A stretch of 53,816 nt of DNA, the filler included, from Basidiobolus ranarum (lineage: Eukaryota), in assembly GCA_040143965.1 (NCBI GenBank). It is 2 parts of 2 records of this genome, joined end to end, with 100 filler letters (N's around TTAATTAATTAA, not from the genome) between each part and the next. Parts side by side here need not be neighbours in the genome. Positions count along the whole stretch, not along the records: positions 1 to 26,925 come from JASJQH010000128.1; 1 more part is not named here. One strand, written 5' to 3'. The position numbers and the translations under genes are program-made. Below, one piece after another: positions 1 to 12,098 of the stretch. Numbering within the stretch: the stretch's first letter is position 1; the number at the start of each line of letters is the position of its first letter. The notes below the pieces were generated by a model, which saw only the letters and a program-made list of their open reading frames with translations, ran no database searches and was not told the origin of the DNA.

Positions 1-600
1 TGCCTAAACACCTATATAGTCATATATAGCTTAGTACTTAGTTATCTTATAATTCACTAAGATATTATCAATTATTCTCAATTGGAATTTACTTAGAATA
101 TTGACACCAACGTAGAAGGTCTCAGATATATATATTTTTCAAACTTGTGCTAGAAGCCCCAAACTTTGCACACATGTTCCTGGGACCTTCCGCAACATAT
201 TCTACACATTAGTTTGGTTACATCTTGACAAAACTATAAATGTCAACTTTTTACTCAATAAATCAACAAGTGAAAACCACCAATTCCTCTAATTTTCCAA
301 ACCACTTCCAACAGGCTCCCAAATACATTAACAAAAATATGCTTACTGATATATTAACTAAGCCATTAGCTAGGCAGAAATTTGAGAAATTTAGACCTTC
401 CTTAACATATTTGCATGTTTGTTTGTTTACATCTTCACAAAATTATCAATGTCAACTTTCAACTCAATAAATTAATAAGTGAAATCCACCAATTCTTCTA
501 ACTCTCCAAATCACTTCCAACGAACTCCAAAAGCACATTAACACATGAAACTTATAATATAGTTGTTCACAACAATGTTTCAAACCAAATAATATATATC
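1..600 (+). mobile_element. Degenerate Ty1/copia RT-RNase H remnant, with a local duplication (about 210-330 vs about 415-545)
   Basis: ORF 240..470 contains NMLTDILTKPLARQKFEKFR, matching the copia RNase H end motif (ADILTKPL...FEKFR). HFQQAPKYIN / HFQRTPKAH resembles FHQRTKHID. The DNA also aligns with the reverse complement of about 53100-53410. Confidence 0.7.
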
Positions 601-949
601 CCCTATTGGTATATAGGGGAAATATTATTCTTCAATACTGATTTCATATTGTTCATCAGGGATTTAAATTAATGCGCTACACTAAAGGGTATTTTATGTA
701 TCACTGGCATACCTCTCATTTGTTATTTTGTAGTTTGATGATGTATATATGTATCACGTGCCGATGATGCCACCTAAAATGTAATAAAATTACTCTGAAC
801 GAATCAGTTGTAAGAGATATAACGGAATTATTTGATATCAAGGGTCTGCTAAGTCCTATTGGATGGCTCAATAAAAGAAAAATATTGATCCCCATAAACA
901 ATAAAAACTTCATTTAGTGACCGATCAATTACCACATGGACTTTCTATT

Positions 950-1940
950 AAGCATCTCCGAGATATAGCGCATGTCATGTGTATATCAAGCTTTGGGCAA
1001 GATCAGCGTCAATATATGTCCAATATCAATTGCTGTGGTGAATTCAAACTTACTGCCGTTCACTTGTGGATTTGCGTATACATCCATTGTATCGATTCAC
1101 CATCACTGCGGCTGGCATTGGAACTCTACATCGGAACTTAGCCATTTGATATTTGTATTTCTCCTTGATTAGTTCTAAACCTTAATTCAATATCCAATTT
1201 GTTAACTGAGAAAACATCGGAATGATTTATGCCTCGATAATCAGTCTCCAGTCAAAATATCGATATAAAGGGAGAATTCTATTGGACGTCGATGTATTGA
1301 GGGGAATAGTCGATCAAATTTGGATGTTATAGATACATGCCCAAAGCTCTGAGATCCTTGGTAATCGTGGAGATGCTGGGAGAACATCCACCCAAGCGAA
1401 GGAACTTCCCATCAATTGTGCGAGCATTCTTCGTTACTATGTACTTCATCAATGGAAAGTAAGTACCTTGCCCTCGTCAGTATTAGCCATACTCCTGCAT
1501 TCTGATACACCAGGTCCCTCTTGATAACGTTTGGTTGTTGGCATGAATGAAATCAATATAACCTAAACAATCCTTTCAATATGACACTTTTTTTGAATTC
1601 TGGCTAGGCACCTATTTCAACCCTATCGCACCCTCCAATGATATCAGCACCACTGGTGCGTAGATAAAAATGCTAAAATGATGATAATATTATTAGAATC
1701 ATCAGGTGACATTAGATCTGTTTCATTTAGGTGAAGCATCATATTGGCTGGGTTTCAGCTCCAACCAGATGTCTCAACATCCACAGCATCGCTTCCAACT
1801 CAGAAATAGACATTGCAGGGGCTCTGACCCTTTCAGTCCTACTGCGTATGAACTGGAGAAGAAGGCTACGTAGTAGAATTGCCACTTTGGGGTGAGTACT
1901 CGTGACTCTCATTACCTGTATAAATATATGCAGCACACCC
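950..1940 (-). mobile_element. Degenerate Ty3/gypsy pol remnant (RNase H and integrase)
   Basis: Minus-strand fragments occur in pol order: ISELEAMLWMLRH (RNase H ELLAIVWAL-like, about 1770-1815), ITKDL (about 1350-1370) and YANPQVNG (AYHPQTNG-like, about 1055-1080). They are broken by stops and frameshifts. Confidence 0.5.
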
Positions 1941-2187
1941 CCCGAAAAACTCCTTCAGTTTTGGAATTTTAACTGAGATTTGTTGAATCCTATTCTACAA
2001 TAATTCTTAATTAACCCGGATGATACAGAATTAGCCAAATTATCTCGTGAAAATTATTCTACACCCACTCGAAACCCAAAATCTTCCTCCAAAAAGACTA
2101 AAATAACGTTAACCTAAGCAAGGTATACAAGAACCACTTTCAGCGAATATCAATAACAACCGGTATTTTATCAACGTACTTCTTCAC

Positions 2188-3060
2188 ATGGAGACTAAAC
2201 AAGCTAAACTATTGGTACAATCGGGTAACCAGAAAAAATCGGTGGAGTTTAGTGAGACTGAGATTATAAATTTCTCTCAAAATGCCGAACCAAACACTCT
2301 TCAAAACCAGCAACCAAATGAAATAAAACTACACCTAGCTCCTAAAACCCCTGAGGAATTACGAAAAAAAGACAAGGCTATGATTAATCAAGAGGCTAAT
2401 GCACTTGGTGACCAACACGTAGCTGATGATCGTAAGGTGCAATTTGGTGAAGGCAGTCTTATCGAGGTTTCTGAAGACGCTCCAGTCATGGGTGGTTCAA
2501 AACACGAGCATAAAGTTCAACTAAATGCCACCGCTGATAACCAAAACCCCGAAGTACAACAGAAGAATAAACGTATGGAAACACAGGAAGCCCAAACATT
2601 ACTGAATCCCCTTCCTAGAAACGAAGATAAAAAGGTTCAATTTGGTAGTGCAAGTTTAATTGAGACCTCCACCGCAGGTTCACTCAGTAAGAGCAATAAT
2701 CAGAAGCAGTACTCACACACCAGCAGTGATGATACACAAGATTCTAGAGTCAAAGAAAAAAGCAAGTGTATGGAATTGGAAGAGGCCCAAGTATTACGTA
2801 ATCCTCCTGTTATGAATGAGAACAAAAAGGTTCAGTTTGGACAGACTAAATTGATTGAGGTATCAGAGGAAGAGCCTCCTATGCTAAGTCCAAAAGAAGA
2901 GAAGACGATCGAATTGTATCCTACACCAGAAACTCAAAACTACGAAGTTAAAGAAAAGAGCAAAAAAATGGAAATAGAAGAAGCACAAGCACTAAGAAAA
3001 CCTTCGCATAGTAAATATTCCAACAACAAACCAGCAGGTGCCTCCATTTTGTATTCGTAA
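2188..3060 (+). CDS. Intronless 290-aa hydrophilic orphan protein of four ~65-aa repeats, each with an RVxF-like motif
   Basis: Long ATG-initiated ORF. KSVEF/RKVQF/KKVQF/KKVQF with V at aa 19, 84, 150, 215, and K-x-K-x-M-x3-EA-x2-L with M at aa 65, 130, 195, 261. Confidence 0.8.
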   Translation: METKQAKLLVQSGNQKKSVEFSETEIINFSQNAEPNTLQNQQPNEIKLHLAPKTPEELRKKDKAMINQEANALGDQHVADDRKVQFGEGSLIEVSEDAPVMGGSKHEHKVQLNATADNQNPEVQQKNKRMETQEAQTLLNPLPRNEDKKVQFGSASLIETSTAGSLSKSNNQKQYSHTSSDDTQDSRVKEKSKCMELEEAQVLRNPPVMNENKKVQFGQTKLIEVSEEEPPMLSPKEEKTIELYPTPETQNYEVKEKSKKMEIEEAQALRKPSHSKYSNNKPAGASILYS

Positions 3061-4144
3061 TCTACTTCTACAAACGGAGTGTGATCTACTCGCGTCTCTT
3101 AGATGATTTTAAACTATTTACTAGGTAGAGAAGTGGATTTCAACCTATGAGAAACATTCTGAACCTTGTTGTGAATGTCACGTTTATCTGCAGTCTGTTC
3201 TTCACATCTTGTACTAATCTTTTCCCAAGAAATATCATCAGAGACTCATTCCTAATCCCCCCGTTTTAATGACACTTTTTAATTTCATGTAATGAACAGT
3301 TGTTTCAACATTTTTGATTCTGGATCAAATGTGGCACTTGAATTTTCTAAATCTTAGACTTGAGTTTTGTTTGGTATAGCTTCAAACCTCCAGTTGTATA
3401 TGGATCAGCTGCCACGAAATCTTTAATTTGTTTGGGTATGTTCGGGATTTTATTTCATCCAAGCGTTGGCCTATAGAGCGTCCAAATCAACAAAGCTAAC
3501 CCATTTAATATACATAATGGAGAATAGAACGTAGATTGCCATTCAATAAAATCTTTCTCTTTGACTTCAGCTTTGAACTACCGAATCTCACGTGCCAGCC
3601 CAAAGATTCGCCGAACAAGTGATTGTTTATCACCATCTAGTTGGGCACTGGGGGGGGCTATTGAGCGGGGCAGACGGCGATCCTTTTTGAGAAGTTTTTA
3701 ATTAAAATCATCCCGGCATATAAAATAGTGAACAATCAATCATCAATGAGATGGCACTTGGACTGCCTATATTTTCATTGGTTAGGGGACGGCAAGGATG
3801 GGTTAAATTTAGGTAGTGCGTATTGAAATGCTAGGATTCGATAAAGAAACGTTCGTTAAATTTCCGAAAATCAATAATTTCAGGGTTGAATTGTGTACAG
3901 GCTATGGTTCTCCATAATTTTCCCAACAACTGGTTTTGAAGTTCTTTCAAGTATATATGATCAAATTTAAAGGTGTAACATTAAACAAAACCGATATTCA
4001 AAATCCTTACAGCATTCAGAAAAGTCGGAGGTGGAAAAGATCCAATAAAATAGGGTTAGGGGTTAGGCATAGCTGGATTAATGTATCATCTCCAGTAATT
4101 TCATCTGTCAGGAATGACTTGCCATTCCTATAATATAGTTGAAG

Positions 4145-5203
4145 TTAATCCTCTAAAGTAGAGGCCATGGCCTTCATCTCTCTATCCTGCTTCGAATGAG
4201 GCTTCATCTGACTTCGAAGCTCTGAATTGTAGATCTCTTCACTAGGCTTGCGATACGACCCACCCAAGCGATCCCATAGAGTAAAGTATTGGCCGTAGTT
4301 GTAGTTGAAATACAAATGGTGTACAGTATGATGGGCTGCGCTGTTGATAACTGGATCGCGTGTGAAGTACTCACCTGAAATAACATATTAGCTAACGCAA
4401 CGCAAGTTTCCAGTAAGTAACAAGTGCTTTACCATCATGAATTAGAATCGACCAAATTTGAACAAAGATGAACAACATGAGGTAAAGGAACTTTTGCATG
4501 GGAAAAACAAAAATACAAATATGATACGGAAGCGATTGCGCCCACCCGTCTAGAGGATGAAAGGCGATGGAAGCATACGGAGTAGGGACTTGGAGAAAAA
4601 AATGAGAATTCAATGATAGGCTCTGAATGCAAATACTGTACATACCAATCCATTTGTGATGGGGCTTTGATTCAAAAGAAAATTAGTCAAGTGTCTCTTC
4701 CTACTGTATGCGTGTTTGTATAATTGTTCTCATACCTTATGAACATATGCGTAAACTGATTTATGGTGCAATCCACGATGAATCCAATATATACCAAAAT
4801 CAGTGGCTAAAAGAAATATCAAGATGCTAAATATAAGATAAGGCCAGCCACGCTCTTCCACATCTTCGTAGAGTTTGGAGTATCCCCGAATTTCAAGTAT
4901 GAAAAATGGCACGGTTAGAAGAGCCATGGTGGGAATGGAATCTGTCGCCATCTTTATCTCCTGCTGTATTTGGTTTTTGATAAAACGTGGGTGATTCATT
5001 TGCCTTTTGTCAAAAAATAGATAAAAAGAGACGGTAGAAAATATCATATAAATCGCGTAAGCTCCAAAGCCTGAAATGCACATTAAGCTGGAAAACTGTC
5101 GAAGGATATCATCACGAGCAAGGGTAGGGAGACCTAAATAACCAAAACTAGAGTAAACTCTGTCGAAGGCGTATTCATCAGCCACCCATAGAACGTAATC
5201 CAT
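4145..5203 (-). CDS. ERG3: Sterol C-5 desaturase, copy A (exons 5203-4736, 4664-4646, 4588-4433, 4374-4145)
   Basis: Spliced product has His boxes HRGLH, HKPHH and HTVHH, plus [13 protein letters not shown] and [11 protein letters not shown]. All introns are GT-AG and keep frame. Confidence 0.95.
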
Positions 5204-5649
5204 ATTCGTTTACTGCAAAGGGAGAGGAGACGCTAGAGTCTGGTAATTTAAATAAAATTCAAAGTTACACATGGCCTAACCAGTGGACACCTGCCGTTGC
5301 TCCATTTTGGAATTACGCAGTCTCATTCAAAATATCGAGTTTCAACGGTATTACAAATGTATTTATCGCATAGTTTACACGCAAAAGAATAAACCACTGG
5401 ATGAAAATTATACAAATGGAAGATTAGTAATCCGATTCAATGGCAAAACATGCATTACCTCCGCAGCATTCTTGCTGAACTTCCGAGATTAATTAAAACA
5501 CCGGCGCGTTTTACCACAGTTTGATTAAGAGCGGTGGTCAATTTGTGGTGTATCTGATTTCATTCATAGTGTTGGCTTTGTTAGTCATTGTTTGATTGGA
5601 GAAATGGATCTGTGGCAGGATATCATTTCCGTGCCGATAACCACTTAGC

Positions 5650-6450
5650 TAGCAAGAGTGTTAGGACCAGTGTTGGCGATAAAAATACAACCATACTTCG
5701 ACATAACGGTTTATTTTTCAAGAATATAATAGTATGTACATGATGATGAATACACTTACTCAGCTAACAGGAACTGAAATAAATTAAATGTAGTTGCGGC
5801 TATGAATATAATGAGCAGACATTTGGATTGAATTTCGTATGAAAAGCTTCATGGGCACCAAAGGTCCATTAGTGCGTATCCTACAACCTGCAGCGCCAGA
5901 GTAATCTTAGATGTTGAATTGCCTTAACAATACTTCAGTACACACCAATTTTATACAGGTAGATACCAATACAATCTCGGTTACTAGCATGAGAATTGTG
6001 TAATCTTCTAGTAATTATACAGATACAATGGCAAGCCACCAAGTTGGTGCATATTTCAATATATTTACCTTGAAGAAATACATTATGAACTAATGAGTTA
6101 TTAGTTTCTTCTAGTAAAAACATGACATAGTTATGTCCAAAACCCCATTCCATTAAGCCCAATAGGGAGCTACTGTCTTCAGTTCCGAGAAAGTTTTCGG
6201 CATACTGAGTTTGTTTAACCTGTAAACAATAATTTAAATATACTCTCAGTAAGGAAAACGGTGATATCCTATTCCCTAGCATCAGGGCTAATGTTGACTT
6301 TGTGTATTCCTGGCACAGTAAGAAGACGACATTATCAACAAGAATTGACTGGGTTTCCTTGTAATATTTATTATTCCTACCTTTTTGTTGACACATGAGA
6401 TCGTAAACTGTGACCTGTAGATTGTACTACACACAGAGGATGATTATGTA
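5650..6450 (-). mobile_element. Possible decayed gypsy integrase remnant
   Basis: ORF 5935..6396 has YLNYCLQVK (zinc-finger-like), followed downstream by a RIRTNG-like stretch (TDNG-like). The signal is weak and interrupted. Confidence 0.3.
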
Positions 6451-7023
6451 TAATAAATAGTCAAATTTGACTAAAACACGATCCAGATCAGTCACTAATT
6501 AGTCAAGTAAATTCATCAAAATACTCTAATTCAATTCATTATAATGGCGAAATATCAAACGTTTCGAGTTTAGTTGTTTAAGATTTACACATGAATGTCA
6601 TCAGTTATCATAAATTACTGCACTTGGTATCACTCTATACAAGAGTTATTTACAACCTCGTGTTAGTCAGATTATCTCACAAGGTTGCTGGTATTCCTGG
6701 CGGAAAGTATTATTTTCATACAAGAAACCCATATAGTAAATTAAACGAAGCTACTCGAAGTATCAGCATCGCATGAATGATTGAGAAATAATAAATGATT
6801 CGATATCAAGTCTAACATATTTGGCTCTGACTAAGTCACAAATATCAGGAGTTTTATGAATTACAAGCATCTCCATTTTTAATCAGGTTTTGGTTGACAT
6901 TAAGACGTTTATCAGGTTATTTTTTCCACTTGAATTACTTCATTTTGCACATAATAAATTGAGTTGTATATATTTACACTAAATTCTCCATATCTTTTTT
7001 ACTATATAGATTTTGTGATAACT

Positions 7024-9297
7024 TTAAGCAGATGTTAATTGTCCTGGCATTTGCCCTGGAACTCCGGCTAGGGTATCTGCGTTGCTTGGGGCTGATTGCA
7101 ATGTGGTTGCATCGCGAGGAATTGCTTGCGTGGAATCATAAATGACTGCTTGAGGATTCGGTGCCTGGTTATTAGAAGGTTGCTGTTGGGTCAAGTTAGC
7201 AGGATACTGATACTGTTGTTGTGGAGGGTCTGCGAATTGAGAATTCTGCTTTAAACCTTGACTATCTGTGTGTTGCAACTGTTGGTACATTTGCCCTTGG
7301 TTTTGTTGAGGGTTTTGCTCGCTCAAGTATTGGGGTTGCTGTTGTACTTGTCCTTGATTGTTTGGGTAAGTAGGTTGTTGTTGAGAAGATTGTTCACTGG
7401 AATATTGATGTGACTGCTTTGAGTTTTCATTAACAGTTTGCGGAATTTGTTGCTGAGCGGGTGTAGTAGTGGGAGCTGCATATGACTGTTGAGGTTGTTG
7501 TTGTTGTTGCTGTACGCTAGGATGTTGAGGAAGCGGTGGTGGCTGTTGCTGCTGGTTTTGTGATCCTATATATTGAGGTTGCTGTTGTAGGTTTTCATTA
7601 GCAGTATTCAGAGTTTGTTGCTGAATAGGTGTAGTAGCAGGAGCTGAAGATGACTGTTGAGGTTGTTGTTGTTGCTGTACGCTAGGATGTTGAGGAAGTG
7701 GCGGTGGTTGTTGCTGCTGATTTTGTAATCCTGTATATTGAGGTTGCTGTTGTAGGTTTTCATTAGCAGTATACGGAATTTGTTGCTGAACGGGTGTAGT
7801 AGCGGGAGCTGCAGATGACTGTTGAGGTGAAATTGTATACTGAGATTGTTGAAGGGCAGACGAAATAGGTTGTTGAGATTCTTCAGCTATAGCGCGTTGA
7901 TTAATGGTCTCAGCGGTAGCAGGCTGTGATGCTTGTGCTAGAACAGCGGGATCTATATTTTCAGTAGTTGCTCTGGAATTTAAGGGAGTAGGTTCTGTAC
8001 CCTCATTCCCACCTCCAGCAGCAAATACAACTGGAGAAGTTGGTTGTGAATTACTATTGAATGGAGTTTCTTCAGTCGTTTTAGTGAATTCTCTAATTGC
8101 GCCCCACCATTCATTTAAATCTTCTCGTTTAAGAAATCTAAAAACATAGGTGTGTTCCGCTCTATGAAACAAACCACCAGAACCTTTCTCGGCAATCTCA
8201 AAAGCTATATTGGACTCACTATAACCTCTCATAACACTGCTAGGTAGATAGATGGAGAACTCAGGAGAGCCTGCAGTGGGATCAGAATTGGGATAACCAT
8301 GTAGAAACCCGGAAGAGGTTAAAAAGCAATGATCTCTTTTAACTGATTTGAACACTCCACCTTGTCGCTCCATGACTCCGTATTTCAGGGGAACGGTAAG
8401 TGGATGATCCTTATTAGGATAGCTTATTGCTTCAATGGATGTCTCGGGTGAATCTGGATCAATGAGAGGTGGCTTATTTTTCTCAAAGAAAGCATTCCAC
8501 TCATGCGCAGGAGATAAAACTGCAATAACTTCGTTGGCCATGTTTATTTGTTCGAGTATCTTCGTTATATTCGCTGACCTCCATTTATAATATGACTCCA
8601 AAGTGTTCTTCAATGTTTCGATGATTGAAGCTTCAAAGATTTCAAGGGATTTCTGGGTTGAAAGCATGGTCTTGTGGAAACTATTCTCTTCAAAGATTTG
8701 TTTGCTCAATTGTTTCTGCAAATTATTGTACACAAGCCAAGGATCCATAGGACCAGGTTTACCATTAGGGCTGGAATGACCGTCTGCAGTGTAGCATGCT
8801 TGATCGTACTCAGAAATGAGTTTGGCAGAGTTTTGTCGCTCCCGACCCAAATTAGTTTCATGATTGATGAGATCTTTCTTCGTAGACAATAAGCGAGATT
8901 TAATTTCGGTTTTCAGCCTGGTTAAATTCCCAACAGTCTGATCTGTTATACATCTGGCAAATTCTGTATGATACTCAACTAGTTGTTGAGTGGTGCTGTT
9001 AACTGCGGCAGCTACATCCTGTACACCATTACTACCCACAGGTAGCAAGTGGTGCCCTTCTTTTAGAGGGACTTGCATAGAGCTGAATGCTTTGGAATAG
9101 CCCCGAGCACTTTGTTGCTCGGTTTCGGCGATGGTTTGAAAGTAAAATATCAACTGCTTGATAGTGGATTTCCAGGCATAGAGACGCTGCTCAAAGATAT
9201 CCGATGGCAGAAGCTCGGAAGGATTGGAGGTTAGCTCTTCTCTAACTTCGTTGGAGGTTCTCCGGCCAAATATGCTGTTTCTTTTAGAGAGTGACAT
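7024..9297 (-). CDS. Slm1/Slm2-like BAR-PH domain protein with Q/P-rich repetitive tail
   Basis: 757-aa single ORF. N-terminal helical region (RLYAWKSTIKQLIFYF, DPWLV). PH domain GVMERQGGVFKS...FLTSSGFLHGY...PEFSIYL...YVFRF...LNEWWGAI. Confidence 0.85.
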   Translation of the reverse strand: MSLSKRNSIFGRRTSNEVREELTSNPSELLPSDIFEQRLYAWKSTIKQLIFYFQTIAETEQQSARGYSKAFSSMQVPLKEGHHLLPVGSNGVQDVAAAVNSTTQQLVEYHTEFARCITDQTVGNLTRLKTEIKSRLLSTKKDLINHETNLGRERQNSAKLISEYDQACYTADGHSSPNGKPGPMDPWLVYNNLQKQLSKQIFEENSFHKTMLSTQKSLEIFEASIIETLKNTLESYYKWRSANITKILEQINMANEVIAVLSPAHEWNAFFEKNKPPLIDPDSPETSIEAISYPNKDHPLTVPLKYGVMERQGGVFKSVKRDHCFLTSSGFLHGYPNSDPTAGSPEFSIYLPSSVMRGYSESNIAFEIAEKGSGGLFHRAEHTYVFRFLKREDLNEWWGAIREFTKTTEETPFNSNSQPTSPVVFAAGGGNEGTEPTPLNSRATTENIDPAVLAQASQPATAETINQRAIAEESQQPISSALQQSQYTISPQQSSAAPATTPVQQQIPYTANENLQQQPQYTGLQNQQQQPPPLPQHPSVQQQQQPQQSSSAPATTPIQQQTLNTANENLQQQPQYIGSQNQQQQPPPLPQHPSVQQQQQQPQQSYAAPTTTPAQQQIPQTVNENSKQSHQYSSEQSSQQQPTYPNNQGQVQQQPQYLSEQNPQQNQGQMYQQLQHTDSQGLKQNSQFADPPQQQYQYPANLTQQQPSNNQAPNPQAVIYDSTQAIPRDATTLQSAPSNADTLAGVPGQMPGQLTSA
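7420..7830 (-). repeat. Coding tandem duplication, ~165-168-nt unit, about 2.5 copies
   Basis: The unit TTPxQQQ...TANENLQQQPQY..QNQQQQPPPLPQHPSVQQQQQPQQS repeats, with gttttcatt anchors near 7423, 7591 and 7756. Confidence 0.9.
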
Positions 9298-10599
9298 TGA
9301 AAATCAAATAGAAAGTGACGAGTTTGCATTTACACTCCATGCAGAGTATTTATTTATTGAACCCGAGGTTGAATAGAAAAGGCTGAGGTGGATTATGATG
9401 ACCGCACCATATTGTGAATCCATAAAACCTATGACGTTTCAAATTGATTTTAGCCATCCGTATAAATTTGAAGTCAGATCTAAATTAAATATTATCAACG
9501 GATGGTTTGAAGATCATTCCAATTACGTTAGTAAGAAAGTGATCTGTTGATCAGCACACTAATCATAAGATTCCGAGCTTCCCTTATTTGGGTAACTACG
9601 CCTCTGACAGATGATTACGCCAATAACCTCTCTCTAGACAGTTGGGTCCATCCACCACCTCTTGGGCATAAAGTATTTGTCATCAGGGTTCAGGAACGAA
9701 GCGTAGGGTCATGCATCGGGTATAGGTATATAACTCTTACACCGGGGCTACTTAAGATGGAATTTTCCTCTTAGTAATCATCACTAGACTCGCCGCGGCT
9801 TATAGTCGATACTTCCACTGCACCTAATCATTCTAACATCGAGCTTTCATTATGAGCTAAGTAGCCCTCGATACCAGTCAACTTGGGAACACAAGTTAAC
9901 CATATATAGAAGCCATGTATAGTCCAATGGATATCTCGAACTCGAATGAATGTCCCAGTCACATATATGTTAGATCGCCTGTATAAAATTCATGATCGGT
10001 AAATCGTTGAATGAATCAGTGTTATTTGTCCATTAGAGACCATCAGATCATGAGGTGATTGGCTTGACAATTCAATGGCTTTGGCACATTCAGCATCGCT
10101 TAGGATTATGCTCGAAATAGAAATGTCACTTTCGGGTGGTTGATATGCAGACACGTTATCTTATTTTCTATTACTCTATGGTGAAAAATTAGGGTCTAGT
10201 GGTAATTACAAGATCTTGTGGTCACGCACAAATTAGCTAATTGCAAGATGATGAGCTTCTATTCCATCATTGCTGCTACTGGTGTAAAACTAGTTTGGCG
10301 TGGTGATCGTGATGACAAGATGGCACTCACACTGTTAGCCAGCAGGTTTCTATACTAGATGGGCTCAAGAACCAGTACGGATATGTAGACTCAAGGCCGG
10401 TGAATTTTTATTTTTGATTGTGGCAAATATGTCATAAATTGGATGAACTAGCAGCAGTAGTTTTAATCTAGTAATCTAACAAAATACTATGCACTTGGAC
10501 GAGTAAAAGTCACCTTTCTATAGGTATAAAACACTCTGAGGGAGCAATAGTATAGCTAGATGGTGATGTCTCTGGTCCGATGAATTGTGCTTCAAAATA

Positions 10600-11755
10600 T
10601 CAATGAGAAGGGGGGAAATACGAGTAAACAAGACGACGATAGATTTCACAATCTACGTCGAGAAAAACACAAAATATAACGCGGTCCACCTAATTAAAGT
10701 GATTGTTAAATAATGAAAAATGAAATAGTATATTTTAAAGCAATTAGAACCTTGGCACTGTTCCCATCTTTCTCGAGCCATTTGCGTGTAGCTCTCAAAG
10801 CTACGTGTGCAGCATTCTCATTTGGATAGCCGAAAATACCAGTAGAGATACATGGGAAAGCCTATGTTTGTATGTGTTAGTTGCATTTCGTAAAACCTAG
10901 AATACCTCGTTTCGCTTACAATGGATCGAAGATTGTTCTCTTTAGCTAGTTCCAGAGCATTATAGTAACAACTCCCCAAAAGGCTTGGATTTTCCCCTCG
11001 GGGTCCCACAGTGTGAATAACATCTATACACAAATTCAGATCAATCATGTGTTAATTAAACTCAGTAATAGTATAGACCACGTTACGTTTCGCGGGAAGA
11101 TTATATCCTTTAGTGATTTTAGCCTCCTACAATTAAGGATAAAATTCAAATACTCTTCGTGATTCTCATGTTGAACAAAAATACCTTACCCCTACTTTAC
11201 AGCCATTTAAGCCTCGACATTCAAGTTGTAGTTTGGAACCAGCAGCACTTTCGTAGTAATATTTCGGAGTCAAACACGTAAAATACCAAGAGAGTTGTTA
11301 AAAACCGACTTACCGGTGAATAGCTCCATCAACTATCAAAACATTTTAGTTTTCATTTTATATTTTAAATTTAATAGGTAAACTAACCGCCGCCGCCGCC
11401 TAAAAGAGATTCGTTGGCAGCATTTACAATAGCATCAATCTGTAATTTCGTTAAGTCACCTCGCCTAAGAAAAAGAATATAAGTATTTAAATTCAGGGAT
11501 TTTAGTGACAAATTATAATACCATATAGAGATTTTATCACACAAAGAAGAGTCGGGGGTTTCTTTTGGCTCTACCGACACTAAAAGAAAATTCTTCTAAA
11601 TTGTCACGCTTTCAAGTAAAGATTTGAATATATCTCTCATTACCTTGCATGGTGTTGGTTTTATAGAAATTAGAGAGGTTCGAAATTTCTGTGATAGTAG
11701 TTCTACTCATAGCGGAAAAAGTTCGGTTAAACGGAGTAAGACGAATTCTCAACAT
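10600..11755 (-). CDS. MacroD-type macrodomain ADP-ribose glycohydrolase / O-acetyl-ADP-ribose deacetylase, multi-exon (ATG at 11755 or 11710)
   Basis: Spliced motifs [55 protein letters not shown] and RVIFCVF. Stop TGA at 10600-10602. Confidence 0.9.
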
Positions 11756-12098
11756 ACTCTTAGGTTCTTGATCAGCATTTTTAAACTGGTACTTAAATCA
11801 AGATTTCCAGGTCATCCATCACGTAATTGATGACGAAATAATCTGGTACTGAGCTAACATTATATTTATTGTATGCAGTTTAAATCTATAAAACAATGCT
11901 TACAGAAAAGTTAAGAGAACAGTTTATGTAACAAATAGAAAAGTATCACTGCTCATAAAGATGAATCAAATTGGGAATTATTGTTCAATAACAGCTGGAG
12001 AGTTGGTAACATTGAGTTAATACTTATTTTCTCAGTAGAAATTTCCTGGTCGTACTGTAAAACGCGCGTACATATTGATATATACGTTATTGATAGAA

